Source of the DNA: Candidatus Bathyarchaeota archaeon
GTDB taxonomy: Archaea > Thermoproteota > Bathyarchaeia > 40CM-2-53-6
DNA length: 64,000 bases
Reading direction: 5' to 3'
NCBI GenBank assembly: GCA_963733055.1
Contig: CAVTBR010000001.1
Span: forward strand, 1,408,001-1,472,000
In this document: piece by piece, positions 21,579 through 31,368 of the stretch
Position numbering within the stretch: the first letter of the stretch is position 1
Layout of the letters: every line of letters starts with the position of its first letter
The notes under the pieces: generated by a model
What the model was told of the DNA's origin: nothing
Database searches by the model: none
Seen by the model: the letters and a program-made list of their open reading frames with translations, nothing else
Translations under genes and position numbers: made by a program

Positions 21579-22217
21579 GTGACAAAGTTGACAATTAACA
21601 TCGACAAACATTCGGCACTAGTCGTCGTCGACATCCAGAACGATTTCTGCCCAGGCGGGGCCCTCGCCGTCACAGATGGCGACAAGGTAGTTCCCGTCCT
21701 CAACAAATACATCCAACTATTCCGAAACGCAGACGCGCCAATCATCTACACTCGGGATTGGCATCCACCTGACCATAGCTCATTCAAGTCGCAAGGCGGA
21801 CAGTGGCCACCGCACTGCGTTCAAGGTAGCGAGGGCGCGAAATTTCGCTCAGATCTTCTTCCCCCCACAGAAGGAGAGATTATTTCCAAGGCGGATCGAA
21901 ATGATGAAGCGTATTCATTTTTCAAGGGCACGGATCTAGCGCATCGGCTGAAGCGGCTGAAGCTCCGGCTTGGATTGAGAGGTGGAATCAGGGCCCTCTT
22001 TGTTGGAGGGCTCGCGACAGATTACTGTGTTAGGGAGACGGTTTTGGACGTGTTGAAGCTCGGCTTTCAGGTTTACTACTTAGACGATGCTTCGAGAGGG
22101 GTGAATGTGAAACCTGAAGATTCGAAACTTGCGGTGCAGGATATGATTTCGAAAGGGGCAACGCAAGTTACTTTAGCAGACCTATCCTCCGATTCGTCTC
22201 AGCCGGGGAAGAAGTAG
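21579..22217 (+). CDS. pncA: Nicotinamidase/pyrazinamidase
   Basis: VDIQNDFCPGGAL, DWHP..H, WPPHCVQ, GLATDYCV. Confidence 0.92.
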   Translation: MTKLTINIDKHSALVVVDIQNDFCPGGALAVTDGDKVVPVLNKYIQLFRNADAPIIYTRDWHPPDHSSFKSQGGQWPPHCVQGSEGAKFRSDLLPPTEGEIISKADRNDEAYSFFKGTDLAHRLKRLKLRLGLRGGIRALFVGGLATDYCVRETVLDVLKLGFQVYYLDDASRGVNVKPEDSKLAVQDMISKGATQVTLADLSSDSSQPGKK

Positions 22218-22525
22218 GGCAGGCTTTGGGAAGGAGGTGGCGCAGCGCCTCCAGGTTCTGCATAGTGCGTTTTCGCCTCAATCTTGACGATCCGGACTAG
22301 ATGATGCTCCGTTAGGACCCTGTATTGGTCCGAGAAACCGAGTTGATGTAATGCGTGTTTTACATGAAGCTTGACGTCCTTTACACCGCAGCTTCTGCCG
22401 TTAACTGTGTCGGGAATGAGGAGCATCTTCCCTTTCACCTGGACTTCCGTCTTCAATCTCTTGCCTAGAATTTCCGCGATATCCTTACCGACCTTTTTGA
22501 GGTCGCCCAAATCGACCTCTACCAT
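22199..22525 (-). CDS. Hypothetical protein, possibly eL22-like
   Basis: 108 aa, basic; KLHVKHALHQLGFSDQYRVL segment. Confidence 0.6.
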   Translation of the reverse strand: MVEVDLGDLKKVGKDIAEILGKRLKTEVQVKGKMLLIPDTVNGRSCGVKDVKLHVKHALHQLGFSDQYRVLTEHHLVRIVKIEAKTHYAEPGGAAPPPSQSLPYFFPG

Positions 22526-22655
22526 GAACCATTGCCCAGAACTAGCGTCTCATTATGCTCTTTTACACGTTACTCTTCGCAAACCAAGCAGGGTCCCGCA
22601 AAAAAACGGGTGAATCCATGCCAACCTTTGGGGTCGGGTTTAGGGTTCTGATCCT

Positions 22656-22802
22656 CTAGAGAGGCAGGCGGACGATCTGTCCGCATCCTTCACACCTGAG
22701 AAATTCGTAGAGGTCATTCCTGAAAAGGAACCGGATCTTCTTGGGGTGCGTGCACATCTTTACGACATCGAACTTTTTCAAATCATTCACCAAACTAACC
22801 AT
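22656..22802 (-). CDS. Zinc-ribbon microprotein (48 aa)
   Basis: CTH...CEGCG in the C-terminal part of ORF 22656..22964; ATG at 22802. Confidence 0.5.
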   Translation of the reverse strand: MVSLVNDLKKFDVVKMCTHPKKIRFLFRNDLYEFLRCEGCGQIVRLPL

Positions 22803-23065
22803 ACAGCTCCGTTGACGATATTCTGGAGACGTGTGTGAAAGTGTTCGACTTGAGAGAGAATTTAGCAGAATGCGACAACTTGAGTCGATGGTTAGTGCAT
22901 GTTTAGGGTTAGTCCAACCATGTGGGTTTCTTCGAGGGTCTCGGAAATGCTTCATAGATGTCAAGGATTGACCGTAGGCGTCCTTGCTTAGGTTGCTAGC
23001 TTAGGGTGACAAAATGAATGCGAAAGTATTGAGCAAGTACTCACGATAACCTTGCCTACACCTAC

Positions 23066-23968
23066 CTATTCTCCACGCACTGGGTTGCGGAGGGTTCCGA
23101 TTCGGCTTATGGTTCCCTCGAGACTGTCTCCGTCTTTAAGGTAAGGGCCGCCGGTAAACGCTGCAACTCCTTCGGGGGTTCCGGTTGAGATTATGTCGCC
23201 CGGCGTTAGAGTCATGCCTTTCGAAGCGTATTCAATTATTGAGTCAATACGGAAGACCATCTCTCCGGTAGTCGATTGCTGCCTCGTTTTCCCGTTGACC
23301 GCGAGAGAGATTTCCAGGTTGTGAGGGTCGGGTATTTCGTCGGCGGTTACCAGCCATGGTCCTAGGGGGAATGAGGAGTCAAGCCCTTTCCCCTTTACCC
23401 AATTCAACCCAAGGGTGGTAGTTCCGTCCGGTTGGCGGGTGGAGAATTGCCAGTCCCTGAAGCTAATATCGTTTGAGATCGTGTAGCCCGCAACGTAACT
23501 CATCGCGTCCTTCTTGGGAATGTTCTTGCCCACTTTACCTATGATAACCGCGAGTTCAACCTCCCAATCGGCTTTCTGAGAAACGCTCGGAATTAGAATC
23601 GGATCGCCTGGTCCGATTAGGCAGTTTCTGAATTTCGTAAAGAGATACGGTTCCGTCGGGGAAGTCTCCTTCGATTCCTTACCATGGGAATAATAATTAA
23701 TGGCCATGAGAAGGATCTTCTCCGGGTTAAGGATCGGGCTGCGGAGCCTCACCGATGCAACAGGTAACCCCTCCACTTTCTCGGTAAAATCGTCCCAGCC
23801 AATCAGCGAAGAAAGCCCACCGCTCGCGAGAAGCGAGTCGATGGTAATTATTTCACTGAGGTCGGGCACCTGCAACTTCTTGGCAACTTCCTGCAAGTCG
23901 AAAATGCGATCGCCTTGAACTAATCCGACCCGAGTTAAGTTGTCTCTAACGTAGTGCGCAAGTTTCAA
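23066..23968 (-). CDS. Fumarylacetoacetate hydrolase family protein
   Basis: DWEVELAVIIG, NDISFRD, GK..D...PLGPW, GDIISTGTP. Confidence 0.93.
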   Translation of the reverse strand: MKLAHYVRDNLTRVGLVQGDRIFDLQEVAKKLQVPDLSEIITIDSLLASGGLSSLIGWDDFTEKVEGLPVASVRLRSPILNPEKILLMAINYYSHGKESKETSPTEPYLFTKFRNCLIGPGDPILIPSVSQKADWEVELAVIIGKVGKNIPKKDAMSYVAGYTISNDISFRDWQFSTRQPDGTTTLGLNWVKGKGLDSSFPLGPWLVTADEIPDPHNLEISLAVNGKTRQQSTTGEMVFRIDSIIEYASKGMTLTPGDIISTGTPEGVAAFTGGPYLKDGDSLEGTISRIGTLRNPVRGE

Positions 23969-24324
23969 GTTAATTCATCCACTCAAGGACCCGATCGAGC
24001 TGAATCTGTCGGATTTGGGACAGGCAATTAAGTGTGTGGTTTGCTGAATTAGAAATTCGGGAAATTCGGCGCTTACTCTCCGCACTGTCTTTTCTCCAAC
24101 CAGCCTTAACTACGTGAACGACACAAACATTCTCCGATTGGGAGGCTACTCCCTTGACTCGACGAAAGCTGAAAGGAAAGCTCCGAACGAATAGGCAACA
24201 TGAGCAACCCATCCCGCCGCCGCAAGAAACCGTAGCGTGAACGCGAACTAAGCGCAGCTGTCTGCAGGGCTGGCAATCTTAATATCCGCTCGGCCGCTTA
24301 CCGCGCTTAGCTAGCTACGCGTGA

Positions 24325-24882
24325 TTGTTCTTGGAGCAGACTTTGATCCTTGTGGACAACAATGACAGGATACTGGGGTATGCCCCACGAACGATCTGCC
24401 ATACAGGAAAGGGAAAACGACATAGGGCCTTTGTGGTTGCACTATACAACAGCACAGGCGAGCTGCTTCTGCAACGAAGAAAACATGATTTATTCTCAAA
24501 TAGGTGGGACCTAACCGGCGCAAGCCACCCCTTACGATTGACGTCGAGGAATGAGTCCTATTCGGAAGCCGCCGCCCGTTGCGTGAGACGAGAGTTCGGA
24601 GTCGGTGGGATATCGTTCAGAAAGATTGGCGCATTCAACTACTTCGACCAACAGGGAAGGAAGTGTGAAAACGAACACTGCGCACTAATAGTTGGCAAAT
24701 ACGATGGCAAAGTGAAACCAAATCCAAAAGTTGCTTACGGGTACAAGTGGACCCCGCTCCGTGAAACCTTGAAGGAGATCCGCAAGAATCCGGAGGCATT
24801 CGTCATGTGGGCAAGGCTAGGTGCTAAGGTCCTTCGAAACAATAATCTTGGCAAGCGTCTCCTGACGACGAAGCAGAATTAA
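24325..24882 (+). CDS. idi: Type 1 (Nudix) isopentenyl-diphosphate delta-isomerase-like protein
   Basis: H...HRAF, LLQRR, ASHP, ENE motifs. Confidence 0.8.
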   Translation: MFLEQTLILVDNNDRILGYAPRTICHTGKGKRHRAFVVALYNSTGELLLQRRKHDLFSNRWDLTGASHPLRLTSRNESYSEAAARCVRREFGVGGISFRKIGAFNYFDQQGRKCENEHCALIVGKYDGKVKPNPKVAYGYKWTPLRETLKEIRKNPEAFVMWARLGAKVLRNNNLGKRLLTTKQN

Positions 24883-24951
24883 CTTACTTCTTTCCCGTTT
24901 TTCAAGGCAATAGGCATTTATTCTCTCAACAAGCTTGCATCAACGATTCCA

Positions 24952-25239
24952 ATGGTCCTCGTAGAAGATTTGTTTAACGTCGGCACAGGAGCAATCATTC
25001 TCGTCCTGGTCGTTCTTGCAAACTTTTACCAGTTCCGGGTGAGACGCCGCTTTAGCGGGGTAATTGGAAAGATAATGTTTTGGTATTCCATGGGCCTCGG
25101 TTCAATGTTAGCCGCGACGATATTCTACTGGATCGCATTCCCTCTTCGAATGGACCTCCTCACCATAAACCTTGCCGGCCGCGTATTCGACATCGCGGCC
25201 ATCGCATGCTTCTTGAAGGGTGCGATGGTCATACGGTGA
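24952..25239 (+). CDS. Small 3-TM membrane protein
   Basis: Three hydrophobic segments; upstream of and co-oriented with 25273. Confidence 0.7.
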   Translation: MVLVEDLFNVGTGAIILVLVVLANFYQFRVRRRFSGVIGKIMFWYSMGLGSMLAATIFYWIAFPLRMDLLTINLAGRVFDIAAIACFLKGAMVIR

Positions 25240-25272
25240 ACCATCACGGCACAACAGGTTACGATTGATGAG

Positions 25273-25830
25273 GTGGTGCAGCTAGGCCTCGTCGGCCTTC
25301 CTTCAAATTACTTGATCATGGTGACCAGCCCACCGGAGGACTATGTGGGGACTATACTCTCGGTCCTCCGACACGTCGTGACTCCGGAAACGATAGGAGT
25401 TTACATTTCCGTGAACAAACCATACTTCTCTTTAACGGAGATAATGCAGGCACAAGAAATTCCAACTCAAAACATGTACTTTATCGATTGCGCATCTGGC
25501 CTGATGGGGAAGGAACCCCAAGAGCTTGAAAAGACCTACATCCTCAGCGGCCCAACAAATCTCACTGAACTCAGCATCACCCTCTCAACGCTGCTATCTT
25601 CCGACAAGCTGAAGGGCAAAGAGTCACAGACTATTCTATTCCTAGACTCAATCTCCACATTTCTGATCTATAATGACGCTAACGTAGTCGCGAGATTCCT
25701 CCACACAATCGCGGGACGAGTGCGAACACACAACATCCGAGGCGTATTCTTCTCACTCCACGACGACATAACAAAAGGTGCGATAGCGAGCACAGTACAA
25801 TTTCACGACAAAGTCCTACGTATCGACTAA
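25273..25830 (+). CDS. Degenerate KaiC/RecA-fold protein
   Basis: YISVNKPY, FIDC, LTELSI, FLDSISTFLIYN; no Walker A. Confidence 0.7.
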   Translation: MVQLGLVGLPSNYLIMVTSPPEDYVGTILSVLRHVVTPETIGVYISVNKPYFSLTEIMQAQEIPTQNMYFIDCASGLMGKEPQELEKTYILSGPTNLTELSITLSTLLSSDKLKGKESQTILFLDSISTFLIYNDANVVARFLHTIAGRVRTHNIRGVFFSLHDDITKGAIASTVQFHDKVLRID

Positions 25831-26011
25831 CCCAGCACTCCGAGTAACACCTCTCCACCAAGAGTGGAACTTCGAAGCTGAAGCTCCGCGAGCTACATTC
25901 CATCCTATCATCGTTTCGACTTGGTTGACGCCGCTGGAGTTTAGCCGCCGAGTAAATTCAGTAGTGAAAATTACCAAGTGTCCTAGGCAAGGTTTATTGA
26001 CTGATGGGTAA

Positions 26012-27845
26012 GTGGTTGCGGAAAAAGTCTGGTCAGATATGCAGTATAAGTGGACAGTGCTCACAAACACGACAATGGGTATCGTGCTTGCCTCAGTGGA
26101 CATTAACATCCTCATCATAGCACTGCCCGCTATCTTCCGCGGAATCAATCTGGACCCGCTGTCGCCCGGCGCATTCGACTACTTGCTGTGGATTATCTTC
26201 GGTTATGATGTCGTAACGGCCACTTTGCTCGTTACGTTCGGTCGGCTTTCAGATATGTTCGGACGTGTTCGATTGTATAATATGGGGTTCGCAATCTACA
26301 CATTCGGTTCAATTCTGCTTTATTTGGTTCCGGATAAGGGGCAGATGGGGGCGCTTGAATTACTCACCTTCCGCCTCGTTCAAGGGGTCGGAGGCGCGTT
26401 GATATTTTCAAACAGTGCAGCTCTGATAACTGACGCATTCCCAACAGCTGAACGTGGAAGGGCACTTGGAATCAATCAAGTAGCGGTACTCGTTGGAAGC
26501 CTTCTCGGCCTGGTTCTTGGTGGAGTGTTGGCCGTCTATGATTGGCGCTATGTCTTCCTGATCAGCGTACCCTTCGGACTCTTTGGAACAGGCTGGTCTT
26601 ACTTGAGGTTACGCGAACTTGCTGTGATCAAGAAAGGACAGAAAATCGATGTTTGGGGAAACATAACGTTCGCCGCAGGCCTCACAATCCTCCTGGTTGG
26701 AATGACTTATGGGCTGTTGCCCTTCGGGAATTCTGCGATGGGATGGGGCAACCCCTTCGTAATTAGTTGCCTAGGCTTGGGTACTGGTCTGCTGATCATA
26801 TTTCCGTACGTCGAGAGCCGAGTTGAAGACCCGATGTTTAGGATGGAGTTCTTCAGGAACCGTGGGTTCACTGCCGGAAGCCTTGCTGCATTCATCGCCT
26901 CCCTCTCAAGAGGCGGAGTTATGCTGATGCTCGTAATTCTTTTGCAAGCTGTTTGGCTGCCGCTTCATGGGTTCAGTTACCAGGACACACCATTCTGGGC
27001 CGGAATTTACATGGTGCCAATGAGCCTCGGTTTCGTTTCCGCGGGTCCGGTTAGTGGATGGATGTCGGATAAGAAAGGAGCTCGAGGACTAGCTTCGGGT
27101 GGAATGTTCTTCCTGTGTGCGATTTTCTTATTCCTGTCGATGCTCCCATACGACTTTGCGTATCCAACATTCGCTGGTTCCCTGTACGTTATGGGGATCG
27201 CCTTCGGAATGTTTGCTTCACCAAACACATCATCAATAATGGGGACCGTCCCGCCTGAACGACGGAGCTCGGCGGCGGGTATGCTCTTCACATTGCAGAA
27301 CACGGGCGGTACCGTGGGCCTAACAGTACTGTTCACGGAAGTCGTGGTCGCGCTAAGTGGAACGCTTCCGAAAGCCATGTCCGCGGCGGTAACGGCAGCT
27401 GGCGCTCCGCAACTCGGCCCACTCCTCGCGGGAATCCCACCCACAATCGCACTCTTCGCAGCATTCTTAGGATACAACCCAATGCAAACAATAATCTCGC
27501 AGACTCCCAGGCAGCTCCAGCGCCCATCTAAGTTCACAAGCTATCTCAACAATCACGTCGGCGACTTGGTTCCCGAACGCCATCGCTGAATCATTCATTG
27601 GAGCGCTCCATACAGCATTCTACTTCAACGCTGGTTTGGCCATCGTTGCGGCACTAGCTTCCCTCATGCGCGGGAAGAAACTGGCCCACGAGCATCAAGG
27701 AAACCTGCATCAAGTGAACACACCCATTAGGACCAGGACGAGGCACGTCACAAGCCCGCTCAGCGGTTCTCATGATAAACGTCAAGCGACGAAGACCTCT
27801 CGCCGCTCAAATAGTCCCGTGCACGGGAAGAATTTAGCGATCTAA
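26012..27845 (+). CDS. MFS transporter (DHA2/EmrB-like), with an apparent +1 frameshift near 27502
   Basis: GRLSDMFGR, ERGRALG; the last TM helices continue in the frame of ORF 27636..27845. Confidence 0.88.
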
Positions 27846-27880
27846 AGTTCCAGAACTTACCCGCTGAAATCAGTGGGATT

Positions 27881-28900
27881 CTACTGGGAATGCTGAGGTT
27901 CCTGGGTTTGTGGCGGCACGTAATTTGCCGCGTAAGGGTTGACCGATTGAGTCTTCTTCGGCCGACCGCTACGCTGACCCAGAGCGAGCGCGGCAACCGC
28001 GATTATGCCGAAAGCAATTACGAGGTAGGTCAGGTAACGGTTGGTTGAGTTTGCGCTGTTGAGTTGAGAGGTTAGGTTCGAATTGTCGGAGCTTGCCTGT
28101 GAAATTGATCCTTGAGCGTTTTGGAGGTTATTTTGAAGTTGTTGGTTTTGTTGATTTTGTTGATTTACTTGCTGTTGCAAATTCTGAATTTGTGCTTGCT
28201 GTTGGCTCAGTTGTTGTTGCTGGGCTTGATATTGTGAGAGGAGCGAGGTGTATTCTGGTGTTGTTGCGTTAACATATGAGAGGGGCGAGATTCCGGTGTA
28301 TGTTAGCGTCACGTAGGAATATTGTGGGTATGAGTAGGAGTTGTAGTTAGGGTAGTATGAGCATTGGTTGTCGTAGGAATATGATGGGTATGAGCTGCAA
28401 TCGTAATAATTCCCGTAGTAATTAGAGGAGTAAGAGTATGAGTTAACGTAGCCGTATTTTACGGATTCAGTGAATGTGGCAAAAAGCGATGTTCTCGGCA
28501 TTCCTTGTGGAAGGGAGATCGGGATATTGCTAGTGAAGCTATTGCCAGAGGAAACACTCTGAGCGCCGACGATGGTAGCCGACGCTAACTGGTGAAGGGT
28601 ATTGCCGTCGACGTAGTAAACGTAGGCGGTCAGGCCGTAGAGGGTAACGGAGGATTTGGCCGTTGCCACAATCTGGATTTGAGTGTTCGTGCCCGGTAAA
28701 ACAACGGACGGATATTGTACCTGAATGGTGAAGTCTTGTAGACTAACGGATGCGTTAATCTGCGTCGAATTGGCATGCGCAGGTCGCGCAATCACCATCA
28801 TAACCACTACTGCGAGAGTTAACGATAGAGAGAGAATCGGAGCACGTTTACGCCACAAACTACCGAACATGGGCTGCACTATAGATCGCAGATACTTCAT
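27881..28900 (-). CDS. Secreted, membrane-anchored protein with a Tyr/Ser/Asn-rich tract and Gln-rich coiled coil
   Basis: Signal peptide, beta domain, YSYSSNYYGNYY tract, Q/N heptads, C-terminal TM. Confidence 0.8.
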   Translation of the reverse strand: MKYLRSIVQPMFGSLWRKRAPILSLSLTLAVVVMMVIARPAHANSTQINASVSLQDFTIQVQYPSVVLPGTNTQIQIVATAKSSVTLYGLTAYVYYVDGNTLHQLASATIVGAQSVSSGNSFTSNIPISLPQGMPRTSLFATFTESVKYGYVNSYSYSSNYYGNYYDCSSYPSYSYDNQCSYYPNYNSYSYPQYSYVTLTYTGISPLSYVNATTPEYTSLLSQYQAQQQQLSQQQAQIQNLQQQVNQQNQQNQQLQNNLQNAQGSISQASSDNSNLTSQLNSANSTNRYLTYLVIAFGIIAVAALALGQRSGRPKKTQSVNPYAANYVPPQTQEPQHSQ

Positions 28901-29028
28901 TCGGGCTCTTATTACTAAGGAGAAGATGTGTCTCCCTATACTAAGTCGTTGATTCGACCAGAATTTGCATACCCAAAATTTGAGAGACAGTCACAAAATG
29001 GATGGAGACAGTCTAATTCGTGGTAAGG

Positions 29029-29646
29029 TCATGGGTTCGAGGTTGTCGGGAAGGCTATGCCTTGGAAGATTCCGTGTCCGTGGCACTTCAACACTTGGGT
29101 CAAGTCTTCAAGTTGTTGCTCCTTCAACCATTCCTGGCAATCATAAGCGCAGATTGCTGACAACGGAATATTGAACCGTATTCCAGCCAATCGCTCATAT
29201 TCGAGTATGCCAGCGCGGTCCGTGTATTTTGTCAGCATCCCTGTAATATCGAGTATTCTCAGCCCGACAAAGCCAGACCGACGTCTATCCTCGATAAGAC
29301 TTGCTGCATACTCTAGCGCACGTTTAGTGTTTACTTGACCTCGATGGAGGTAGAAGTCCTCTATCTCAATCTGAGCAATCTGTCCAGGTTTCGTAATGGA
29401 GCTTTCCTCTATGCTCGGCGATTCGAGAAGCTGGTTATAGATTTGAGAAGGGCCGACGAAGAGAGTTGCTTCATTTGCTTCCACTCCTCCATTGAAATAT
29501 GCTGCGAAAACCCTAGCGAGAGTATTAGTGTCATCATAGAAGAGGACGGCGTGATCCCCAAGGGATAAACGCCGCACGTACCCCTCGACATCCGCTGATG
29601 CCAGTTTACTCACCAACACCTGCTTTCGTTGCGATCCTGATCGCAT
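29029..29646 (-). CDS. MEDS sensory-domain protein
   Basis: GDHAVLFY, ILEYE, AICAYD, LKCH. Confidence 0.82.
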   Translation of the reverse strand: MRSGSQRKQVLVSKLASADVEGYVRRLSLGDHAVLFYDDTNTLARVFAAYFNGGVEANEATLFVGPSQIYNQLLESPSIEESSITKPGQIAQIEIEDFYLHRGQVNTKRALEYAASLIEDRRRSGFVGLRILDITGMLTKYTDRAGILEYERLAGIRFNIPLSAICAYDCQEWLKEQQLEDLTQVLKCHGHGIFQGIAFPTTSNP

Positions 29647-29743
29647 CGGAGTGAACGGACCTTTGTTTCATTAGAAGTTTTCAGCTTATTGAACCGACTT
29701 GTATCGGTGAATATAACAATTGAAATCTTGATATAAAATAGAT

Positions 29744-29903
29744 TGGTGCTCCGGGCGGGACTTCCGTGGCACTTAGGTGCCATTTCGAACCCGCGATCAC
29801 TGACTTTCCCTGCCCTTTAGGCTCGAAAGGCCAGTATGCTCTCGGTCTCGCTAATAGCTAGCTAACCGGGCTACACTCGGCAGACATTGGCTTCCACCGG
29901 AGC
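29744..29903 (-). tRNA. tRNA-Glu(UUC) with four introns and encoded CCA
   Basis: Removing 29876-29893, 29841-29862, 29806-29823 and 29761-29783 gives GCTCCGGTGGTGTAGCCCGGTTAAGCATACTGGCCTTTCGAGTCAGTGATCGCGGGTTCGAATCCCGCCCGGAGCACCA, a complete cloverleaf. Confidence 0.9.
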
Positions 29904-30076
29904 ACTAAGCACTCGGAGCGTCCTTTCGTTTGGGGGTCGTCTCAATTAACGCTTTTCCGGCAGAACGCCGCGGGACAATAAGAGGGACTGTCAGGGATGG
30001 CGATGCCGTATTTGGATTTTAGCTGCTGCTCCCAAGCCCCATACAGAGTTCGAAGTCTCTCTTGACCGCTCTCCAA

Positions 30077-31306
30077 TCAATTTGCACTCGCATCGATACC
30101 ATCTGAACCGGCGTTGCGAAGCTCGTTGACCTGTGAGCCCGCAAGGCCGGGTCCCCCTATTAGAATCGCCGACAGGGCGATCAGTGGAAGCACCCCGGTG
30201 ATGGGGAAGATGAGCCCCGCTATTCCGCTTCCGGCCGGAGAGGCGGCCTGCATGAGAGTGCGTAGCAGCGCAAAAGTCCTACCACGTAACTCGGAGGGGA
30301 TTATTCTCATTCTCAGGGTCTGCGCCCAGGCGGTCAGCGGAGCGCTCAGGAATCCAAGCGAGGCTAACGCAATGCCGACAATCCATGCCTGTGCGCCTGC
30401 GAAGATTAGGAGGAGCGAGACTCCCGAAAGCGACTGAGCTGTAATAATGAGCTTGCCGATGGACCGTTGAGTCGAAAAGTGTCCAGCCACAGCTGCACCC
30501 GCAACTTCTCCGATGGCCATCGAGCCGAGAAGAATGCCGTAGAGCTCGGGTCCCCCCGCAAGTACAGTCTTCGTTAGAACCGGGAGCCAAAGCGAGAGAA
30601 CACCTGCTCCTAGGTTGAAGAACATAAACATGAGAGTGGTCGAGAGCAGAATCTTGTTCGATGAGAGGAGCATGAAGGCATCTTTCAAGGTCGAGGCGTG
30701 AGTCGGTATTGAATTCTGCTCAGCCTTCGATCGCAGTCGGAAGCTTGCAAGAGCGATTACGAGAGCAGCGTAGGAAATGGCATCGACGACCATAACGTTC
30801 GGGGCGCCGAAGCCCACTATGATGAGGCCGGCAAGGGGAGGCCCCACGACCCCGCTAAGAGTGAACGTGATTGTTTCCAGGGAGTTTGCAGTCGTAAGTT
30901 GGCTTTCTTCCACCAGGTCGGGGATAATTGATGGCGCCCCCGCTAGCGTGATCATGTAGAAGAAACCGTAGACGAGGGCCACCACGTAAACTTCCCATAA
31001 CGCGAACACCCCTAAGGCGTAAAGGAGAGGGACCGCTGCAATCGTTGCGCCTCGAATGACGTTGTCTACTATCATCACCTTACGGCGGTCGAACTTATCG
31101 AGCAGAGAACCCGCGACCATCCCCCCGACGACCACCGGGGCGGTGTAGCAGACGAGCATGAGGGCAACGGCACCAGGTGAACCTGTGTATGAGTACACCA
31201 GCCATACTAGGGCAACCCTTGTCATCGCGTCCCCGACGTACGAGAACGTAGAGCCTAGCCAGAAGTTGCGGTAAGGGACGTTCTTGAATGCGCTTAGATA
31301 TGACAC
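30077..31306 (-). CDS. MFS transporter (DHA3/macrolide-efflux-like)
   Basis: YRNFWLG..S..GD, G.LLDKFDRRKVM, IPSELRGR. Confidence 0.9.
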   Translation of the reverse strand: MSYLSAFKNVPYRNFWLGSTFSYVGDAMTRVALVWLVYSYTGSPGAVALMLVCYTAPVVVGGMVAGSLLDKFDRRKVMIVDNVIRGATIAAVPLLYALGVFALWEVYVVALVYGFFYMITLAGAPSIIPDLVEESQLTTANSLETITFTLSGVVGPPLAGLIIVGFGAPNVMVVDAISYAALVIALASFRLRSKAEQNSIPTHASTLKDAFMLLSSNKILLSTTLMFMFFNLGAGVLSLWLPVLTKTVLAGGPELYGILLGSMAIGEVAGAAVAGHFSTQRSIGKLIITAQSLSGVSLLLIFAGAQAWIVGIALASLGFLSAPLTAWAQTLRMRIIPSELRGRTFALLRTLMQAASPAGSGIAGLIFPITGVLPLIALSAILIGGPGLAGSQVNELRNAGSDGIDASAN

Positions 31307-31368
31307 GGCTCCCAGTGGAGGTCCGAAAATTATTATAATTGTGTAACTGGTCAGCGTAACAACCGGAT

